Shown: piece by piece, positions 1 through 9,311 of the stretch
Position numbering within the stretch: position 1 is the stretch's first letter
Layout of the letters: every line of letters starts with the position of its first letter
DNA from: Candidatus Latescibacterota bacterium
Lineage (GTDB): Bacteria; Latescibacterota; UBA2968; UBA8231
DNA length: 64,000 nucleotides
Assembly (NCBI GenBank): GCA_036011085.1
Contig: DASCMS010000003.1
Span: 7,059-71,058 of the forward strand
Direction of reading: 5' to 3'
Translations under genes and position numbers: made by a program
The notes under the pieces: model-generated
Database searches by the model: none
What the model saw: only the letters and a program-made list of their open reading frames with translations
Told to the model about the DNA's origin: nothing

Positions 1-92
1 TTTTCCGGTTCGTTAAAGAACCGGGTATTCGACGTTTTATTACAGCCGAATCCTACAATTTCTGAATGGAACAACCAAAGGGAGTTAGCTCG

Positions 93-386
93 ATGGGCGA
101 TCGTCGTTGCAGGATCCGCTCCGGCGGGCGGCACATCACCTTCGCTGCCGCTCTCCTGGCCCTGGGGCTGACCGCAGCCTGTTCGTCTGGCCCGAACCAG
201 AAGGAGCTCGCCCTCCTCGAGGAACGGCGGCAGGCGATGGTAGCGGCCGAGGAGAAAGTCGCACAGAAGAAGGCGGAGGAGGCCCGGCTCCAGCGGAAGC
301 TCGCTGAGAAGAAGGCAGAGCAGAAGGCGGCAGAGCAGAAGAAAGCCGCTGCCGCAGACAACCTGGCTAACGTCCCCACGGAGTGA
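93..386 (+). CDS. Small coiled-coil lipoprotein
   Basis: ATG at 93 preceded by GGGAG; basic N-terminus, hydrophobic stretch and lipobox-like LTAA-C; E/K/A/Q-rich helical body. Confidence 0.8.
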   Translation: MGDRRCRIRSGGRHITFAAALLALGLTAACSSGPNQKELALLEERRQAMVAAEEKVAQKKAEEARLQRKLAEKKAEQKAAEQKKAAAADNLANVPTE

Positions 387-439
387 GCGAGTCTACTCGG
401 ACCCTCCGTGGTCCTTGCTCGCAGAGAAAGGGCATAGGA

Positions 440-1285
440 ATGCGCAGACTGTTTACAATGAGCGGGCCTGTTTTCACCCTCGTGACCGCCTGCATGGTTA
501 TGGCACTGGTCGGAGGTGTGTCCGCACAGGAAGTAAAGATGACGGGCGATGAGTACAAGGCGAAACTCGCCGAGTACACCGACCGGGAAGCCAAGGCTCA
601 AGACGACATCGTGACGCTGGATGCCAGCATCGCGTCGTTGAAGGAGCAGATCGCTGCCATACAGACCGCCATCGATGGTGTGAACCAGGAGATACTGGCT
701 CTCGTCGATGCGAGCGAAGCCGAGGTCAGGGCCTTTGGCCAGCGCCTCGATAGGCTGCTGCGTCAGTTGCAGGGATTGGCCGCCCTCGCCCCGGAAGAGT
801 TGCAGCGTCGCCGCGGCGAGTTGAAGGCCGCAGCCATGGATCTGGCCGATCTCAAGACGAGCAAGATCGCCGCCCTGCCCGAGATGCAGGACAAGATCGC
901 CAGGGCCGAAAAACTGCTCGGCGATCTGATGATGCGCGCTCCCGACCAGATCACGTACGAGGTCGAGAAGGGTGACCATCTCTGGGGTATCGCCTCCAAG
1001 CCCGAGACCTACGAGGATCCGTACATGTGGCCGCGGATCTACCGGGCCAATCGCGATCAGATCAACGATCCCGATCTGATTTATCCGCAGCAGACCTTGA
1101 CGGTACCCATCGCCGTCGGCGAGAACGAGTATCTCGTCACGTCCGGTGACTTCCTCTCGAAGATCGCCTCTGCCGTTTACAACGACCCGACCATGTGGCA
1201 CAAGATCTACAAGGCCAACGCCGCACAGATTGTAGATCCCAGCCTCGTGTTCCCGGCACAGGTTCTGGAGATTCCGGCGAACTAG
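440..1285 (+). CDS. Secreted coiled-coil protein with two C-terminal LysM peptidoglycan-binding domains
   Basis: Signal peptide ending VSA-QE; heptad region; LysM motifs YEVEKGDHLWGIA...WPRIYRAN...PDLIYPQQTL and YLVTSGDFLSKIA...WHKIYKAN...PSLVFPAQVLEIP; start moved to ATG 440. Confidence 0.9.
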   Translation: MRRLFTMSGPVFTLVTACMVMALVGGVSAQEVKMTGDEYKAKLAEYTDREAKAQDDIVTLDASIASLKEQIAAIQTAIDGVNQEILALVDASEAEVRAFGQRLDRLLRQLQGLAALAPEELQRRRGELKAAAMDLADLKTSKIAALPEMQDKIARAEKLLGDLMMRAPDQITYEVEKGDHLWGIASKPETYEDPYMWPRIYRANRDQINDPDLIYPQQTLTVPIAVGENEYLVTSGDFLSKIASAVYNDPTMWHKIYKANAAQIVDPSLVFPAQVLEIPAN

Positions 1286-1325
1286 CTGGCCTCTGGCACG
1301 CAATAACCGACAGAGTATCTGTCTC

Positions 1326-1384
1326 GCGAAAAGGGGTTTGAGGCCAGGCGACAGTCCGGTCCTCGAGCCCCTTTCGCCATTTTC
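1326..1384 (+). terminator. Terminator-like hairpin after the LysM gene
   Basis: GCGAAAAGGGGTTTGAGG (1326-1343) pairs with CCTCGAGCCCCTTTCGC (1361-1377) with G-U pairs and one bulge, followed by CATTTT. Confidence 0.55.
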
Positions 1385-1456
1385 TGTGGCCGGGGACCTC
1401 TCCGGCCTCCCTCCCCCGGACGCCTCCTCCTGAAACAGACAATCTCCATCGCCGAG

Positions 1457-2407
1457 GTGGATCCAGTGACCCTCTTCGGCCACAATGACCGCAACCTGGA
1501 ATCCCTCGAGAAGAGTTGTGGCGTCTCGCTGGTCGCCAGGGGTGACCGGCTGATGGTCGACGGCCCGGAGGAATCCATCCGCATGGCCAGCGACCTGCTG
1601 TCCACGGTCATCGAGAGCCTGCGTCGAGATCCTGATCTGAGCCACGAGGATGTGCAGGCCCTTCTGCGCCAGGATCTGCGGGCAGCCAGCCGGCCCGGCA
1701 ACGCCGCGGAGGGAGAAGGCGTCGGATCGCGCACTGTCCGCACCTACAAAACCACCGTTCGTGCCCGCAGTGGCGGCCAACTCGCCTATCTCGAATCGGT
1801 CTCACGCAACGACATCGTCTTCGTCATAGGTCCTGCCGGAACGGGCAAGACGTACCTCGCCGTCGCCGCCGCGGTCTCCGCTCTGAAGCAGAAGAAGGTC
1901 TCGCGAATCGTGCTGGCCCGGCCCGCCGTCGAAGCAGGAGAGAACCTGGGATTCCTTCCCGGTGCACTCGAAGACAAAGTGGACCCCTATCTGCGTCCTC
2001 TGTACGATGCCCTGCAGGAGCTGTTGGAGCCCGATCGACTCGTCCGTTTCCAGGGCATGAAGATCGTCGAGGTGGCACCGCTGGCCTTCATGCGAGGACG
2101 GACACTGAACGATGCCTTCATCATCCTCGACGAGGCGCAGAACACGACACCGGCGCAGATGAAGATGTTTCTCACGCGACTCGGGGCCGGATCCAAGGCG
2201 GTGGTCACCGGGGATATCACACAGACCGATCTGCCGCCCCACCAACCATCTGGGCTGATCGATGTGCGCAGCGTTCTGCGCGACGTGAGCGGTCTCGATT
2301 TCATTCATCTCACAGAGCGAGACGTTGTACGCAACCCCCTGGTGCAGCGCATCGTTCAGGCCTATGAAGGACACGACGACGCAACCAAGGCGGACAGTTC
2401 GACGTGA
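1457..2407 (+). CDS. phoH: PhoH-family ATPase (YbeZ-like)
   Basis: Walker A GPAGTGKTYLA, RPAVEAGENLGFLPG, PLAFMRGRTL, DEAQN, GDITQTDL; true start may be the in-frame CTG at 1430. Confidence 0.95.
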   Translation: MDPVTLFGHNDRNLESLEKSCGVSLVARGDRLMVDGPEESIRMASDLLSTVIESLRRDPDLSHEDVQALLRQDLRAASRPGNAAEGEGVGSRTVRTYKTTVRARSGGQLAYLESVSRNDIVFVIGPAGTGKTYLAVAAAVSALKQKKVSRIVLARPAVEAGENLGFLPGALEDKVDPYLRPLYDALQELLEPDRLVRFQGMKIVEVAPLAFMRGRTLNDAFIILDEAQNTTPAQMKMFLTRLGAGSKAVVTGDITQTDLPPHQPSGLIDVRSVLRDVSGLDFIHLTERDVVRNPLVQRIVQAYEGHDDATKADSST

Positions 2408-4692
2408 ACTCCACCGAGTGGAAACGTTGGTGGTCATCGCTGCGCGGCACGAGCCGCCGGTCTTCGGCCCGCGATGGTATCGGTCAGGCAGGCCTGCGGG
2501 TGTACCGACTCCTGCTGGCGCTGGCAGCCGTCGCCCTGCTCACCTATTTCTCTCCGTTGCAGCGCCCCTACAGCATCACTGACTTGCGCGTCGGCAGCGT
2601 CGCTCCCGAGCGGATCAACGCTCCGCTGCCCTTCTTCGTGCGCAAGACGAGTGACGAACTGGATCGTGAGCGGGTGGAGGCGGAACGCACGGTCCCCTCG
2701 CAGCTCATCCTGCACGAAGAGGTGAAGGACGCGCAGCTTGAACGATTGGACTCCGTGTTCTCCGTGCTGCTGACCAACATCCGCATGGAGATGGCGGACA
2801 CTCTCAAGCAACGGCGCCTGCAGCGGGAACTGCCCGACATCATCGGCTCGTTGTCCGAGGCGGCTCTGCAGGATCTGGTGTCCACCTTGTCCACTGCTCA
2901 CGCCGACACGGTGGCCAGCGTGCGCCGGGCGGGAATCCAGATGCTCGCCGACGCCTACAGCACCGGGATCATGCCATCCCGCGAGACGCCGCTGACGCGG
3001 CTCACCCGGCAAGCCCAGATCGATACCCGCCCCGTGTCCATCGATGCCCTGCACGATACACGGTCTCTGCGGGGTGGCGCCATGCTGACCTTGATCGAGG
3101 GCTACCCACCACTGGCGGGCAGCGGCGCCATCGAGGCCCTGCACGAACTGCTGGGACTGTTCGTCGCCCCCAATCTGACAATCGACGTACAGGCTACTGA
3201 ACGATTGCGCAACGAGGCGCGACGCAGTGTGGCCAGTATCAAGCAGCGCTACCTGCAGGACGAGATGATCGTCGACAAGAATGCCAAGGTCGAAACGCAG
3301 CACGTCGAAGCCCTGGAGGCTCTGGCAGCACATCTGGTGGAGGAAGAACTGAAGGATAGCACAACCCGCCTGATGCAGACCGCCGCTGCCGCCGTGATCG
3401 CGGCATTCATCCTGGTCGTACTCGGATTCTATCTGGCAACGCGTGAGCCCGCAGTCTACAACAGTCCCGGTCTGCTGCTCCTGCTCGCCATCATCGCCCT
3501 GGTGACGGCGGCGATCGCCTCCTACATCCGCACCGAGGACATCCAGACGTTCTTCGTGCCGGCGCCACTGGCTGCCATGCTTCTCACCATACTGCTGAGC
3601 CCACAACTGGCGCTGGTCGTCTCCTTCCTGCTGGCGCTGTTCATCGGCAGCCTCTTCGGTGACTTCTACGTTGCTATGATCTGTGCTCTGACATCCGCGG
3701 TGGCCGTGTTCTCAGTGCGCCATGTGCGCCACCGCAATCAGTTCTACCGCGCTATCATCCTCCTGCCGGCTTCCTACGCCGTGCTTATCGCCGCTGCCGA
3801 CCTGCTGCGCTTCGTCCAGCTGGATGAGATCTACAACCACGTTCTGCCCGGCATCTTCATCGGCGTGGCGGCGCCGATCGTCATCCAGGGCCTGCTGCCA
3901 ATCTTCGAAAGCCTGTTCACCGTGACCACGGATATCACGCTTCTCGAACTCTCCGATCTCAACCGTCCCCTGTTGCGCGAACTCGCGATCCGCGCCCCGG
4001 GCACCTATACGCATTCGCTGATCATGGCCAACCTTTCCGAAGCAGGCGCCCAGCGTATCGGCGCCAGCCCCCTCCTGGCGAGGGTCGGCTGTTACTATCA
4101 CGATGTCGGCAAGATGCTGAAGCCGGAGTATTTCACCGAAAACCAGGGCCTGCGCGGTGGCCGCAACCCGCACGATCATCTCACGCCGAGTATGAGTTTC
4201 CTCATCATCGACTCGCACGTGAAGGATGGCATCGAACTGGGCGAGGAGAACGGTCTGCCGAAGGCCATTGTCGATCTCATCCCACAGCATCACGGTACGA
4301 CCGTAATCGAATACTTCTACAATCGCGCCATCGAGCTGGGTGTGGAGAATGTCCGCCGCGACGATTTTCGGTATGATGGTCCCAAACCGCAGACGAAGGA
4401 GGCCGGGATACTCATGCTGGCCGATTCCGTAGAGTCGGCAGCGCGGACGCTTACCGAACGTACGCCCAACCGCGTCCGGCAGCTGGTGCGACGCATCGTT
4501 CAGCAGAAGTTCAGCGCCGGTGAACTCGATGAGTGCCCGCTGACGCTGCGCGACCTGCACGCCATTGAAGAGTCCTTCATACCTGTGCTGATGGGCACTC
4601 TGCACGGACGCCTCGAATACCCATGGCAGAAGGACGGCCGCAAGGGGAGCCGGACGGATGTTCCGTCTACACTGCAGTCCCGATCTGCCTGA
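2404..4692 (+). CDS. pgpH: 7TM-HD phosphohydrolase (PgpH/YqfF-like cyclic-di-AMP phosphodiesterase family)
   Basis: N-terminal TM, large extracytoplasmic region, 7-TM block, HD domain APGTYTHS...YYHDVGK...ENQ...QHHGTT...YDGPKPQTKE...MLADSVE; between phoH and ybeY. Confidence 0.88.
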   Translation: MNSTEWKRWWSSLRGTSRRSSARDGIGQAGLRVYRLLLALAAVALLTYFSPLQRPYSITDLRVGSVAPERINAPLPFFVRKTSDELDRERVEAERTVPSQLILHEEVKDAQLERLDSVFSVLLTNIRMEMADTLKQRRLQRELPDIIGSLSEAALQDLVSTLSTAHADTVASVRRAGIQMLADAYSTGIMPSRETPLTRLTRQAQIDTRPVSIDALHDTRSLRGGAMLTLIEGYPPLAGSGAIEALHELLGLFVAPNLTIDVQATERLRNEARRSVASIKQRYLQDEMIVDKNAKVETQHVEALEALAAHLVEEELKDSTTRLMQTAAAAVIAAFILVVLGFYLATREPAVYNSPGLLLLLAIIALVTAAIASYIRTEDIQTFFVPAPLAAMLLTILLSPQLALVVSFLLALFIGSLFGDFYVAMICALTSAVAVFSVRHVRHRNQFYRAIILLPASYAVLIAAADLLRFVQLDEIYNHVLPGIFIGVAAPIVIQGLLPIFESLFTVTTDITLLELSDLNRPLLRELAIRAPGTYTHSLIMANLSEAGAQRIGASPLLARVGCYYHDVGKMLKPEYFTENQGLRGGRNPHDHLTPSMSFLIIDSHVKDGIELGEENGLPKAIVDLIPQHHGTTVIEYFYNRAIELGVENVRRDDFRYDGPKPQTKEAGILMLADSVESAARTLTERTPNRVRQLVRRIVQQKFSAGELDECPLTLRDLHAIEESFIPVLMGTLHGRLEYPWQKDGRKGSRTDVPSTLQSRSA

Positions 4693-5161
4693 CGGACTCG
4701 ACCAGGCCAGCCTTGACGGGCTGGAGAAGGCGGCCCGCAGGACGCTGTCCCGTCATGCCGCGGGGGGACTCGTCGACATCATCCTTACTGGCGACGATGA
4801 AGTGCACAGGCTGAATCGGACGTTTCGGGGGCGCGACCAGCCCACCGATGTGTTGTCCTTCTCTTTCGTCGAGAATGGACAGCAGGCCATCACTGGCGAC
4901 GACGTCCTGATCGGCGAGGACGTGCCGGCGGGAGAGGTCTACATCTCTCTCGATCGAGCCCGGGTGCAGGCTGACGAACTCGGCACGCCGCGCGATCGAG
5001 AGTTGGCTCGGCTCCTCATCCACGGCCTGCTGCATCTGGCTGGCTTCGACCACCAGACCGACGTAGACTTGCGGGAGATGGAAAGCCTCACCGACGAACT
5101 GCTCGATACAGTCGCCCATGAAGACCCGTCCTGGCGGACGGATTCACCGAAAGGAGTCTGA
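4658..5161 (+). CDS. ybeY: rRNA maturation endoribonuclease YbeY
   Basis: LNRTFRGRDQPTDVLSF, GEVYIS, zinc motif IHGLLHLAGFDH. Confidence 0.95.
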   Translation: MFRLHCSPDLPDGLDQASLDGLEKAARRTLSRHAAGGLVDIILTGDDEVHRLNRTFRGRDQPTDVLSFSFVENGQQAITGDDVLIGEDVPAGEVYISLDRARVQADELGTPRDRELARLLIHGLLHLAGFDHQTDVDLREMESLTDELLDTVAHEDPSWRTDSPKGV

Positions 5162-5172
5162 GAGAACCACTT

Positions 5173-6519
5173 TTGGAACCCCCACAACTTTTCGAACTCC
5201 TGCTGACGCTGTTGTCTTCGGCAGCCCTGTTCATTCTCGCCAGCTACGAGGCGACTTTCAGTGTCCTGTCACGCTCCAACCTGGAGCGGATGAAAGAGAC
5301 TGGCACGCCCCGCGCCCTGCTCATGTGGCAGATCTACGAGCCTCGCCATCGCCTGCATCTGATGGCACGACTTGGGCAGGGATTCTGTGCTGCCGCCCTG
5401 GCGCTGGCCCTGTTCTTCCTGTTGCGCGCCTACGTCGACGCCCGGTATGCAACACTCGGCGTCACTGCTGCCGTTTCGCTTTGTGTCCTGTTTGCTACGG
5501 CCACGGCACGGCGTGTCCGCTTTGAGGACGAAGACGAGAACTGGTACGTGCCCAGAGCCGCCCTTCTCTTCGTGCCACTCTACGTTCTCCTGTTCCCCTT
5601 TACGGCACTCGCAGAGCGAGTGACAAACGGGGACTACTCCGACGAGGAGTTCAAGGCGGAGAAAGAGGAAGAGTTGCGCAGTCTCGTCGAATCGGAAGGC
5701 GAGACCGGGGTCCTTGAAGAAGGCGAACGGGACATGATCGAAGGCGTCTTCGGCTTTCATGACCGTGTCGTGCGCGAGGTAATGGTACCGCGTGTCGATG
5801 TCACAGCCGTTGAGCAGAGCGGCACGCTCAACGATCTGCTGACCACCATCCGCGACACCGGGCACTCGCGCGTCCCGATCTACCAGGAATCTCTCGATTC
5901 GATCCGCGGCATCGTCTTCGCCAAGGACCTGTTGCAGCTGATCGAGATTCGCGCAGACCTGAACGGTGACAGCCCACTGAGCCTGCTGGTGGATGGCATC
6001 CCCGCAGCAGATGGCGAGACCCTGCATCTGCTGCACGAACCATACTACGTTCCCGAGACGAAGAAGATCGACCAGCTGCTCAGAGATCTCAGTGTGGCCC
6101 GTACTCGCCTGGCCGTGGCCGTTGATGAATACGGCGGGACGGCAGGACTGGTTACCACCGAAGACCTGGTGGAGGAGATCGTCGGCGACCTGCAGGATGA
6201 GTTCGACGCCGAAGAAGCGCTCTACAACTGGCAGACCCCTGACGAAATCCTCATAGTCAATCCCCGGATCAGCATCGCTGAGTTGAACGACCTGCTTGGT
6301 TCGGACCTGCCAAGCGACGGCTTCGACACCCTCGGAGGCTTCATCTACAACCATGTGGGACACGTACCCGAAGGTGGACAGACCATCACTGTTCCCAACT
6401 TCGAAATCATCATTCTCGCCGTCGACGGACAGAGAATCCAGCAGGTGCAGATGAAGCGCATCGCGGCGGAGGACAACGGCAACGGGGAACCCGACGAGAC
6501 GAGTGACAGCGAGTCTTGA
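5173..6519 (+). CDS. CNNM/CBS-pair/CorC_HlyC membrane protein (CorC/YbeX/TlyC-like metal homeostasis family)
   Basis: N-terminal TM domain, VREVMVPR, GHSRVPIY, AVDEYGGTAGLVTTEDLVEEIVG, FDTLGGFI; TTG start. Confidence 0.9.
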   Translation: MEPPQLFELLLTLLSSAALFILASYEATFSVLSRSNLERMKETGTPRALLMWQIYEPRHRLHLMARLGQGFCAAALALALFFLLRAYVDARYATLGVTAAVSLCVLFATATARRVRFEDEDENWYVPRAALLFVPLYVLLFPFTALAERVTNGDYSDEEFKAEKEEELRSLVESEGETGVLEEGERDMIEGVFGFHDRVVREVMVPRVDVTAVEQSGTLNDLLTTIRDTGHSRVPIYQESLDSIRGIVFAKDLLQLIEIRADLNGDSPLSLLVDGIPAADGETLHLLHEPYYVPETKKIDQLLRDLSVARTRLAVAVDEYGGTAGLVTTEDLVEEIVGDLQDEFDAEEALYNWQTPDEILIVNPRISIAELNDLLGSDLPSDGFDTLGGFIYNHVGHVPEGGQTITVPNFEIIILAVDGQRIQQVQMKRIAAEDNGNGEPDETSDSES

Positions 6520-6536
6520 ACGAGGCTTCCACCGAC

Positions 6537-6564
6537 TTGCGTCGGAGCCCGCAGTCCTTACTTT
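6537..6564 (+). promoter_or_regulatory. Putative sigma-70 promoter of the tRNA
   Basis: TTGCGT-16 bp-TACTTT ending 12 bp upstream of the tRNA. Confidence 0.45.
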
Positions 6565-6576
6565 CTCTCTTCGTGT

Positions 6577-6653
<77 letters not shown>

Positions 6654-6662
6654 AATCCATAT

Positions 6663-6693
6663 CAGGGAGCCGGCTCCGGCTCCCTGTTTTTTT
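6663..6693 (+). terminator. Rho-independent terminator after tRNA
   Basis: CAGGGAGCCGG-CT-CCGGCTCCCTG followed by T7. Confidence 0.9.
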
Positions 6694-6713
6694 GTGCAGA
6701 ACTGAGAGTTCCC

Positions 6714-7040
6714 ATGCCCCGATTTGACCGCATCGCCGAGGACTCACCCACCGCCGGCCGCCAGGACCGGATCACGCTGGATGAGCGCTTCGTCGCGCTG
6801 TTCCTGCCGGAGACACCATTGGCTCGTGTCGAGAGTCAGGAGCTTCGGCAGATCGTCTTGCACGCTCTGGAAGAGTTGACTCCCCAGGAGCTCAAGGTTG
6901 TCGAAGGGCGCTATCAGCACAAGAGATCACCAGGCGCTGTCGCCTCCCATCTGCACATCCCCAGTGACGAAGTCCGGGCGCTCGAACGCAGCGCTCTGGA
7001 GAAGCTGCGCAAGCCACTGATCGAGTACATGGAGTCGTAA
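6714..7040 (+). CDS. Stand-alone sigma-70 region-4-like HTH protein
   Basis: ALEELTPQELKVVEGRY...SPGAVASHLHIPSDEVRALERSALEKLR follows the sigma region-4 pattern; no region 2; TAATG overlap with lnt. Confidence 0.75.
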   Translation: MPRFDRIAEDSPTAGRQDRITLDERFVALFLPETPLARVESQELRQIVLHALEELTPQELKVVEGRYQHKRSPGAVASHLHIPSDEVRALERSALEKLRKPLIEYMES

Positions 7041-9304
7041 TGTCGTCGCCGTCGGCGGAGCAGCGTGTTGTCTCCCTGTCCCCTCTGGCGGTTCCCATCG
7101 CGACCGGTGTCATCAGCGGCGTTCTCCACGGTCTGAGCCTGCCGGGATGGGGCTCAGGCTGGCTCGCCTGGGTCTGTCTCGTCCCCGTACTCTGTGTTGT
7201 TACTCGCCCACCGAACGGCGCCACCTGGACAACCCGAAGTGCTCTGCTCTGCGGTCTGGCGAGTGGTGGCGCAAGCGGCCTCTTCCGGGTCTACTGGATC
7301 GCCGAGACGCTGGGACGATACGGCGGGCTCGGGTTGGTGGAGGCCGTGGCGACGACGGCCCTTCTCGTCCTTTATCTGGCCGTCTATCCGATGCTGTTCT
7401 TCAGCATCTGTCGGCGTCTCCGTGACGCTGGCACGCCATCATCGTGGAACGCCGATCTCCTCATCCCCTGGCTGGTAGCTGCGGCGTGGGTGTTGCTGGA
7501 CTGGGTTCAGACGTGGCTGCTGTCCGGCTTTCCCTGGGTGGTTCTGGGCACCACCCAGTACGACGAACCCTTGATCGCTGCTTTCGCCGCCCTTGCTGGC
7601 GTCCACGGCCTCACTTTCTGCATCGTCCTGGTCAACATGGGTTTCGCCCAACTGCTCTGCTCTACCCGTGCCAGGCAACGGATCAGTGCCAGCTTCGCCG
7701 TCCTACTCCCGGGTATCGCCATTGTCGTCTGGGGCGTCGGCCAACTGAACGCTCTGGCGTCAGAGTCCAAAATCGAGCCGCTGCGCATCGGCATTATACA
7801 GGGAAACATCCGTCAGGATGTGAAGTGGGAGCCGGGGTGGAAACAATCCACGACGCAGAGATACGCGGACCTCACCAGGGCGCTTGCCGAGGATTCCGGT
7901 CGTCTCGACCTCATTCTCTGGCCCGAGACCGCTCTCCCCTATCGCTTCGACGACGATGCTCACCTGAGCTACCGGCACGCCGTCGCACAGTTGGCGATCG
8001 ACATCGACACACCGCTGCTCGTAGGCAGTCTCGGGACCAGATCACCCACCGGACGACCGGGGCTCTACAATCGTTCATTCCTCATCGACCGCCGGGGCGA
8101 TGTGGCCGGCTTCGGGGACAAGGTTCACCTGGTTCCCTTCGGCGAATACCTGCCATTCGCCTGGTTGTTCGGCTACATGCACGAACTCACCGCGCAGAGT
8201 GGCGCCTTCGATCCAGGTGAGAGGCACGCTATCATTCCTCTCGGCACCGCACCAGAGAACCATCTGGGATTGTTTGTCTGTTATGAGTCCATCTTCCCGG
8301 CGATCACTCGAGATCTTGCCGCCAGGGGAGCCGGGTTCCTCGTCAACACGACCAACGACGCCTGGTTCGGAACCACGGCAGCCCCCTACCAGCATTTCGC
8401 CATGGTCGTTCTGCGGGCCGTGGAGACGGGGCGGCCAGTCGTGAGGGCAGCCAACACGGGCATCTCGGGAGCCATCGGTCCGGATGGACGGATCCATCAC
8501 GCCACAGAGCTGTTCCAGACTGGCACCCTCGCCGTTGCGGTGCAGCCGCGCACCGAACTGACACCGTACGTCAGATACGGTGACGTCGTCTTCTTGCTTG
8601 GAGCCGGTCTCTGGGTCGGCTGGTTCTGCCTCGTCGGCCATCGCCGGCGAGCCACTGTCTTGCAGGATATGGCTGCGGCAGGGCTCGAACTCGACATCCT
8701 TGCAGCACAACCGACGCCGCTGCAACGCCCCGTGGTTCTGCTTCCCGGATACGATAGTTCCGCAGAGGCCTTCGTTACTCTGCGGGCGCATCTGGAACGT
8801 TGTTTCACGGGGACGTCAGGGCGCATCATCGACATCGACCTGCGACACAATCTACCGTTGCCGGACCTGGTCACCCACGCCGATGGCGCCCGTCCAGGTG
8901 AACCGTGCGACTACATCGGTCACAGTCTGGGTGGGCTGGTCGCCGCCGCCCTGTCCCGGGAGTCGGACGATGAGCCATGGGTTTTCGCCCTGGCCTCGCC
9001 CTTCGGCGGTACACGACTGGCAACGGTGGCTCGCTGGCTTCGATTCCCCTTTCCGGCCCTGCTCGCAGATCTTGCCGAGCAACGTCAGGGCAACGACGGG
9101 ATGGTGCGTCGACAGCGCGGCTTCCGTGCCCTTCACCTGCGCGGTGATCCCATCGCTTCGGGACTTCCTCCAGGCAGCGATACGGCCTTTGACGTGCCGC
9201 TGCTTCTGCCCCCATGGCAACGCCATCGGTCAGTACATGCCGATCCGCGTGTCCTGCTGCGCATTGTGCTCGCACTGCGACAAAGACCGGGGGCCACGTC
9301 GTGA
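7040..9304 (+). CDS. lnt: Apolipoprotein N-acyltransferase fused to a C-terminal lipase-like alpha/beta-hydrolase
   Basis: SGFPW, IQGNI, catalytic triad WPETA / DKVHLVPFGEY / VCYESIF, NDAWFG, RAANTGIS, TPYVRYGD; then PVVLLPGY, GHSLGG, ASPFGGT, GDPI, RHRSVH. Confidence 0.92.
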   Translation: MSSPSAEQRVVSLSPLAVPIATGVISGVLHGLSLPGWGSGWLAWVCLVPVLCVVTRPPNGATWTTRSALLCGLASGGASGLFRVYWIAETLGRYGGLGLVEAVATTALLVLYLAVYPMLFFSICRRLRDAGTPSSWNADLLIPWLVAAAWVLLDWVQTWLLSGFPWVVLGTTQYDEPLIAAFAALAGVHGLTFCIVLVNMGFAQLLCSTRARQRISASFAVLLPGIAIVVWGVGQLNALASESKIEPLRIGIIQGNIRQDVKWEPGWKQSTTQRYADLTRALAEDSGRLDLILWPETALPYRFDDDAHLSYRHAVAQLAIDIDTPLLVGSLGTRSPTGRPGLYNRSFLIDRRGDVAGFGDKVHLVPFGEYLPFAWLFGYMHELTAQSGAFDPGERHAIIPLGTAPENHLGLFVCYESIFPAITRDLAARGAGFLVNTTNDAWFGTTAAPYQHFAMVVLRAVETGRPVVRAANTGISGAIGPDGRIHHATELFQTGTLAVAVQPRTELTPYVRYGDVVFLLGAGLWVGWFCLVGHRRRATVLQDMAAAGLELDILAAQPTPLQRPVVLLPGYDSSAEAFVTLRAHLERCFTGTSGRIIDIDLRHNLPLPDLVTHADGARPGEPCDYIGHSLGGLVAAALSRESDDEPWVFALASPFGGTRLATVARWLRFPFPALLADLAEQRQGNDGMVRRQRGFRALHLRGDPIASGLPPGSDTAFDVPLLLPPWQRHRSVHADPRVLLRIVLALRQRPGATS

Positions 9305-9311
9305 CGGGCTG

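Noticed and set aside
5-50. Hairpin CCGGTTC-GTTAAA-GAACCGG upstream of the lipoprotein/LysM genes as a c-di-AMP or c-di-GMP riboswitch
   Set aside because: No ydaO or GEMM consensus visible; region is cut by the window edge
53-1780. 575-aa minus-strand ORF and the many other long antisense ORFs (e.g. 2434-3606, 21051-22511, 36195-37793, 46198-47460)
   Set aside because: Shadow frames of well-supported genes, expected at this GC content and codon bias; no recognisable motifs
6654-6713. tRNA 3' end as an integration site for a genomic island
   Set aside because: No integrase and no repeat of the tRNA 3' end seen; lnt follows in its expected neighbourhood
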